In this document: positions 27,274-32,000 of the stretch, piece after piece
Numbering within the stretch: position 1 is the stretch's first letter
Layout of the letters: the number at the start of each line of letters is the position of its first letter
From: Psychrobacter sp. HD31
GTDB taxonomy: Bacteria > Pseudomonadota > Gammaproteobacteria > Pseudomonadales > Moraxellaceae
Reading direction: 5' to 3'
DNA length: 32,000 bases
Assembly (NCBI RefSeq): GCF_051097895.1
Contig: NZ_CP142525.1
Span: 2,010,001 to 2,042,000, forward strand
The notes under the pieces: generated by a model
Seen by the model: the letters and a program-made list of their open reading frames with translations, nothing else
What the model was told of the DNA's origin: nothing
The model's database searches: none
Position numbers and translations under genes: made by a program

Positions 27274-28461
27274 ATGTCAAAGTTTACCATGTCAGATGAA
27301 ACACAAGAAATATCTAATGGCAATGCACGTTTTACAGTAATTGGTGTTGGCGGGGGCGGTGGTAACGCTGTAGAGCACATGGTAAAACAAGGTGTTAAGG
27401 GTGTTACCTTTGTTTGTGCAAATACAGATAAACAAGCACTAGATACATTAACGGCACCTCAAAAATTGCAATTAGGCGCAGAATCAAACCGTGGTTTGGG
27501 TGCAGGCGCTAATCCAGAGGTAGGACGTGAGGCAGCTGAAAGTGAAGAAGTTGCAATCCGTAAATTGTTAGAAAATACAGACATGGTATTTATTACTGCT
27601 GGTATGGGTGGCGGTACAGGTACTGGTGCAGCACCTGTTATTGCGCGTGTTGCAAAAGAAATGGAAATACTAACCGTAGGGGTGGTAACCACACCATTTA
27701 AATTTGAAGGCGGTAAGCGCATGAAGGCTGCAAAAGCAGGCATCGAACAGCTAACCAATTTCGTAGACTCTATTATTACTATCCCTAATGATAAAGTGCT
27801 GAGTGTTTACGGCAACATTTCAATGCAAGATGCATTTAAAAAAGCAGATGATGTATTATTAAATGCGGTAAAAGGTATTGCAGAAACCATTACCATGCCT
27901 GGGCTTATTAATATTGACTTTGAAGATATCCAAACAGCAATGACATCTCGTGGTCACGCTATGATGGGTATTGGTCGTGCGAGTGGTGATGACCGAGCTC
28001 GCCAAGCAACAATTAAAGCAATTAAGTCTCCTTTATTAGATGACTTACGTTTAGAAAATGCAAAAGGTTTATTAGTGAACGTTGTTGCATCATCGTCATT
28101 AACTTTATCAGAGTTTCACGAAATCAGCGAAATTGTTTCTAGCATAACCGATGAAGATGAAGCAGATATTTTCTATGGTTCGGTTTTAGATGAAGATATG
28201 GGTGATGATTTAGGTATTACGGTTATTGCAACTGGATTGTCGCTTGATGAGCGTCCTAAGGATCCTATGCAAAATGTATTGGCAGCAAACAGTGAGCAAG
28301 GTATTGACCCTAAAACGCACACAACTGCATTAAGCAGCCAAAAAAAGAGTCAGTCTCCATTGTATCAAGATGAAGTTGATGCAGATACAGCACCGGCACA
28401 GCCACGTAATGTTAATAGTGTGAGCATTACAGACTATTTGCGTAGTCAACAAAAAAAATAA
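27274..28461 (+). CDS. ftsZ: Cell division GTPase FtsZ
   Basis: GVGGGGGNAV and the tubulin signature GMGGGTGTGAAPV are present, along with a conserved C-terminal peptide (ITDYLRSQ). I prefer the ATG at 27274, which has GGAG 8 nt upstream. The longest ORF starts at TTG 27253. Confidence 0.95.
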   Translation: MSKFTMSDETQEISNGNARFTVIGVGGGGGNAVEHMVKQGVKGVTFVCANTDKQALDTLTAPQKLQLGAESNRGLGAGANPEVGREAAESEEVAIRKLLENTDMVFITAGMGGGTGTGAAPVIARVAKEMEILTVGVVTTPFKFEGGKRMKAAKAGIEQLTNFVDSIITIPNDKVLSVYGNISMQDAFKKADDVLLNAVKGIAETITMPGLINIDFEDIQTAMTSRGHAMMGIGRASGDDRARQATIKAIKSPLLDDLRLENAKGLLVNVVASSSLTLSEFHEISEIVSSITDEDEADIFYGSVLDEDMGDDLGITVIATGLSLDERPKDPMQNVLAANSEQGIDPKTHTTALSSQKKSQSPLYQDEVDADTAPAQPRNVNSVSITDYLRSQQKK

Positions 28462-28481
28462 CCACTTTTTGTCATGACATG

Positions 28482-28511
28482 AAAGACTAACTGAAAAGTT
28501 AGTCTTTTTTT
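28482..28511 (+). terminator. Rho-independent terminator after ftsZ
   Basis: AAAGACTAACT-gaaa-AGTTAGTCTTT followed by TTTT, 21 nt after the ftsZ stop. Confidence 0.7.
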
Positions 28512-28530
28512 ATGACTTGATGAAATAAAA

Positions 28531-28539
28531 TGTTACAAT
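28531..28539 (+). promoter_or_regulatory. Putative extended -10 promoter element (TGtTACAAT) for lpxC
   Basis: TGnTACAAT lies 51 nt upstream of the lpxC ATG. A possible -35 is ATGACT at 16-nt spacing (28512-28517). Confidence 0.35.
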
Positions 28540-28589
28540 ATCTATACTAACGTCTGTTTTTTATTTAATTTGCATTTATTGAGTAAATC

Positions 28590-29444
28590 ATGAAACAAAA
28601 AACCATCAAATCGGCGATAACGTCAAAAGGCATCGGCTTACATAGTGGTAAAGAAGTCACCTTGTCTTTTTTGCCTGCACCAGTCAACCATGGTGTTGTT
28701 TTTCAGCGAACTGACATGCCAAATCAGCCTTTCGTCCCTGCAATAGGCGAACTAGTGCATGACACCATGATGTCTTCTAACCTGACAAAAGATGGTGCAT
28801 CTGTTGGTACGGTTGAGCATCTGCTAAGTGCAATCGCTGGATTAGAAATTGATAATTTGATTGTACAAGTTTCTGCCGCTGAGATGCCGATTATGGATGG
28901 AAGTGCGGCTGAGTTTGTTAAATTATTGTTAAAAGCAGGTATTGAAGAACAAACAACTAATAAAAAGTATTTACGTATTAAAAAATTAGTAAGAGTAGAA
29001 GAAGCAGATAAATGGGCTCAATTTACGCCATTAGATGGCTATGAGTTGCATTTTGAGATTGATTTTAATCACCCTGCAATTAACAAAACAGGGCAGAAAG
29101 CAAGCTTGGTCATGACGCCAGAAAACTATATAAATCAATTGAGCCAAGCACGTACGTTTGGCTTTTTGAAAGATATTGAGCTATTAAAACAAAATAATTT
29201 GGCGCTGGGTGGTAATCTTGATAATGCGATTGTATTAACTGATGATGAGATTATGAATAAAGAAGGTTTAAGATTTGATGATGAATTTGTTCGTCATAAA
29301 ATCTTGGATGCCGTGGGCGATTTATTTTTGATTGGTTATCCGTTAAAAGCAAAATTTGAAGCCTATAAATCTGGTCATGGCTTAAATAACAAATTAGTTA
29401 GAGCAGTTTTGGCAGACCCTGATAACTATGAAATCATTGAGTAA
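28590..29444 (+). CDS. lpxC: UDP-3-O-acyl-N-acetylglucosamine deacetylase
   Basis: 284 aa with GIGLHSG, VGTVEHLLSA..GL.IDN, ARTFGF and EFVRHKILDAVGDL. Confidence 0.95.
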   Translation: MKQKTIKSAITSKGIGLHSGKEVTLSFLPAPVNHGVVFQRTDMPNQPFVPAIGELVHDTMMSSNLTKDGASVGTVEHLLSAIAGLEIDNLIVQVSAAEMPIMDGSAAEFVKLLLKAGIEEQTTNKKYLRIKKLVRVEEADKWAQFTPLDGYELHFEIDFNHPAINKTGQKASLVMTPENYINQLSQARTFGFLKDIELLKQNNLALGGNLDNAIVLTDDEIMNKEGLRFDDEFVRHKILDAVGDLFLIGYPLKAKFEAYKSGHGLNNKLVRAVLADPDNYEIIE

Positions 29445-29911
29445 TTGTATAAAAAAGAAACAATAACTTTTTTTATTGCATTTTATTTTTTTAAAACAAA
29501 AATTTATAGAACAACTGCTGGAAATGTTTTAGTAATATTAAATATTTTGAAACAATTACAATAACATTGACTATCCCAAAAGTCTTTATTGATAAAAATG
29601 CGTCATAGCCAATAATAGCAAGCCTTAGGCACCCTCTTATTAAAGTTAACCTTGGTTATTAGGATACGGCTAGGGTACAATTGTTGGGTAATCGGCTAAT
29701 TTATTTACATAAGTTTACAAAACTCTGTAACATTAGGTAAATTAAGTAAGCATAAGTAAACGTTAAAACTCAAGTAGATGGATGTGACAACCTCATAAAA
29801 GCTATGTTATAGTCGCAAAAGTTTTTGGATAAGCCTTGAAGTATTAGGTTTAACACAAGCCGTATTTGACATAAGCTATAACAAAGCCAAATTTAATAGG
29901 GTTGCATTTAT

Positions 29912-30292
29912 CTATTTTGTAAGGTCTGGCAAGTTTGTCACAATTATCTTGAGTGTTAAAAGATCTTGAAATAATACAGATTGAGTCTGTAGTTCATTTA
30001 GGTATTGACTTTGCATATAGCGCATGTGGTTTGCAACGGTAATGGATGTAACAGAAACTGTTAATTCTGTGCTTGTAAACTTAACTACTTGACAGTTTTT
30101 TACGATGTCTTTTGGTAAGCCTGCTAAGGCATCATAAAGTACCGTTTTAAACTCATTAGTAGCAAGTTGTAGTTTTTGAAGGTGTGTCGAGATGTTATTT
30201 GGCAACCGACATCCAGCTTCTCGTTGTTTGTCAACTAAGCTACCAAATTGGTTTGTAAAGTTATGCTGTGTTAAGTCAGATTGTTGGCTCAT
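29912..30292 (-). CDS. dciA: DUF721 / DciA-like protein (putative replicative helicase operator)
   Basis: The C-terminal block CQVVKFTSTELTVSVTSITVANHMRYMQSQYLNEL follows the DUF721 pattern (C.V....G.L.V.V.S...A..LRY....LL..L) seen in Pseudomonas DciA, which also lies next to lpxC. I prefer the ATG at 30292 (MSQQSD...). The longest ORF starts at 30322. Confidence 0.6.
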   Translation of the reverse strand: MSQQSDLTQHNFTNQFGSLVDKQREAGCRLPNNISTHLQKLQLATNEFKTVLYDALAGLPKDIVKNCQVVKFTSTELTVSVTSITVANHMRYMQSQYLNELQTQSVLFQDLLTLKIIVTNLPDLTK

Positions 30293-30392
30293 ATTAATCC
30301 AAAAAAAATATTTAAAGGTCATACGTCTATAGTATAAGATGAAGTGGCTGTTTTTGTTGAATTTTAGTAGTAAAAGTTTTTACAGGCGAGTT

Positions 30393-31148
30393 ATGAAGAA
30401 AATCTTATTAATGATTACGGCATTGGGACTCACTACCTCACATGCCAGTGCAACAAACACGCAACCAGACTCTCAACAGATAGATAAGTTGGTTGCAGAT
30501 TTAGAAGGTTGGAGTACTGCTAAAGCAAAATCTGGCTCACAAAGTAAGAGCGAAGCTTTATCAGATGACCTTTTTAATGAAATTCAAGCTCGACTAAGTG
30601 ATGAAAACGAAGCTGCTGCAAGAGCTGAAGCAACTCGCCAAGCATTTTTAGATACAGATGCTGCTACTCGCAAAGCATTGGTATCATCAGAAATTGCGCC
30701 TGTTTATAATGGTGTGGGTGGTTCTTCTAAATTAACCAATCGTTCTGCGCCAGTAGTTGCTGCTAAAAGGGCATCTCGTTCAGCGCGTTCTCGTTCAGCT
30801 GGTTTGTGTGCAAAATATGTACGTATCGCATTACAGGCAGCAGGCTATAAATTTACGCCAAACCCATCGGCATACCAATATGCTACTCGTGGCACATTAG
30901 CAAAAGCAGGTTTCGCTAAAATTAGTAATAAGGCTAAACCACAAGTAGGTGATGTTGTTGTTATCAGTCGCTCACGCAAGCATCCACATGGTCATATTGC
31001 TATTTATGATGGTCGTAATTGGGTTTCTGATTTCCGTCAAAAACGTAAAAGTCCCTATCGTGAGTATTATAGCTACACAACATGGCGTGATGCACGTTAC
31101 TTAAATGATGCCTCAAATCGTGGTACATACTTAGCATTAAATGATTAA
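30393..31148 (+). CDS. Secreted CHAP/NlpC-P60-like cysteine peptidase (probable peptidoglycan hydrolase)
   Basis: Signal peptide MKKILLMITALGLTTSHASA. The C-terminal domain has the catalytic-type Cys context GLCAKYVRIALQAAGY and PQVGDVVVI....HPHGHIAIYDG, the Cys...His spacing typical of CHAP/amidase folds. The longest ORF starts at 30339. Confidence 0.55.
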   Translation: MKKILLMITALGLTTSHASATNTQPDSQQIDKLVADLEGWSTAKAKSGSQSKSEALSDDLFNEIQARLSDENEAAARAEATRQAFLDTDAATRKALVSSEIAPVYNGVGGSSKLTNRSAPVVAAKRASRSARSRSAGLCAKYVRIALQAAGYKFTPNPSAYQYATRGTLAKAGFAKISNKAKPQVGDVVVISRSRKHPHGHIAIYDGRNWVSDFRQKRKSPYREYYSYTTWRDARYLNDASNRGTYLALND

Positions 31149-31186
31149 GTTATTATCTATCTATTATCAAAGATTAGATTGAATTT

Positions 31187-31214
31187 AAAACTCAGTGAAA
31201 TGCTGAGTTTTTTT
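31187..31214. terminator. Rho-independent terminator between the convergent peptidase and DOMON-like genes
   Basis: AAAACTCAG-tgaaatg-CTGAGTTTT followed by additional T residues. Confidence 0.7.
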
Positions 31215-31268
31215 GTGCCAAAAATTTGTCTTTCATACTTTGAGTCAATATTTTTGATTAAATGGGTA

Positions 31269-31871
31269 TCAGTCAGAGATAGGAATCCAAAAATTTTGGT
31301 CATGAAAATCAGCCGGTGTTGCCTGTTCTTTTGCAAAAAATAAAGGCAGATGATTATTTTTTAAATATAGAATTAGGGTGGGATTAAAAAGAGTTGCAGA
31401 TTTTAGGTGGTTGGGTAAGTTGTCCATATCAAACATAAATGTACGTTGATAAGTATCAGTTTGTTTTTGCCAGCTAATAATGGCATTTTCTGTTGAATTA
31501 ATGGCGAGTGCTCTAGGCGGCATGCTTTTGGGGGTACGGTAGTCATCAAAGTGATAAATCGAAAAATACCCTTTAGGGCTGGCATTTATTTCGATGTATT
31601 CAGTATGGGTAATATCTCCGATAAAGCACTCCAAACAGGTGTCTTCCCACAAAAAATCTTTTTGTTGGAAAGAATTGTCATCTAATGTATGCCATATAAC
31701 GTCAGGTTGCAGTTTTGTAGGTATTAAAATATCAAAGCTAACTTTGAGCAAGTGGTTAACTATCTCAAGGTTAGCGGTAATTTTGATATTTTTTATATGG
31801 GTAATAAGCGTGTTTGACTTTAAACCAGACAGCGACTCTTTTGCTATCTTTAATACAAAGTTCTGTTGCAT
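31269..31871 (-). CDS. Hypothetical protein, possibly DOMON/CBM9-like
   Basis: 200-aa ORF. LWEDTCLECFIGD...YIEINASPKGYFSIYHFDDYRTP resembles the LW..TC.E.F....Y.E.N.SP.G....Y.F..YR pattern I recall for the DOMON_murB_like family. The family assignment comes from memory only. Confidence 0.5.
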   Translation of the reverse strand: MQQNFVLKIAKESLSGLKSNTLITHIKNIKITANLEIVNHLLKVSFDILIPTKLQPDVIWHTLDDNSFQQKDFLWEDTCLECFIGDITHTEYIEINASPKGYFSIYHFDDYRTPKSMPPRALAINSTENAIISWQKQTDTYQRTFMFDMDNLPNHLKSATLFNPTLILYLKNNHLPLFFAKEQATPADFHDQNFWIPISD

Positions 31872-32000
31872 GGTATGCTGCTTATGGGTGTGGTTAGTAG
31901 GTATAACGCACTATATTTGATAAGTTTGGGTTTGCGTCAGGATTTTGACGTAATAGTAAACCCATACGACCAATGCTATGTACCATTTTCGAGTTGGTTG

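Noticed and set aside
31594-31920. 108-aa plus-strand ORF
   Set aside because: It is antisense to the 200-aa DOMON-like ORF, which has the better family-like motif. The product is hydrophobic and low-complexity.
31894-32000. Two open minus-strand frames running in from the window edge (ending ...NLSNIVRYTY* at 31894 or ...TQTQTYQI* at 31911); possible 3' end of an upstream gene
   Set aside because: Only about 30 codons are visible and neither frame is recognisable, so I cannot choose between them or assign a product.
1-32000. Searched for tRNA/rRNA/tmRNA/4.5S-like sequences, IS elements, integrases and cas genes
   Set aside because: I found no T-loop (GTTCGAATC-type) contexts in intergenic regions, no rRNA-like conserved blocks, and no transposase or integrase ORFs. 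No terminal inverted repeats flank the AT-rich islet or the MbnPH locus, as far as I can see by eye.

Overview
This window looks like a chromosomal segment of a roughly 40% GC gammaproteobacterium. The gene content resembles Moraxellaceae (Acinetobacter, Psychrobacter or Moraxella relatives), but that taxon call is an inference from protein similarity and gene order only. Most of the window is housekeeping. In order it holds: the htpG 3' end; a small AT-rich islet; a DUF3817 protein and a TlpA-like thiol-disulfide oxidoreductase; a minus-strand block of trmA, marC-family, arginase and ornithine aminotransferase; ileS-lspA; a short Na/Pi cotransporter with a small helical protein; a 3-hydroxyacyl-CoA dehydrogenase; fkpB-like PPIase; an orphan ParA-like ATPase with a membrane-anchored unknown; topA; an MbnP/MbnH-type copper-associated pair; the distal half of the dcw cluster (murG-murC-ddl-ftsQ-ftsA-ftsZ) followed by lpxC; a DciA/DUF721-like gene; a secreted CHAP/NlpC-P60-like peptidase; and a DOMON-like protein. 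I found no rRNA, tRNA, CRISPR array, transposase or integrase. Four loci deserve a second look. (1) The MbnP/MbnH locus at 18230-20968 has an internal terminator, two fresh tandem duplications at the mbnH start, and an overlapping small secreted Cys/His ORF. (2) The ParA-like plus membrane protein pair sits upstream of topA. (3) The AT-rich islet carries an orphan lipoprotein and an AbiH-like remnant. (4) A strong 17-bp-stem hairpin lies in the ddl-ftsQ spacer. I cannot show that any of these is a genuinely new system. All functional calls come from recognising motifs by eye, with no database search.
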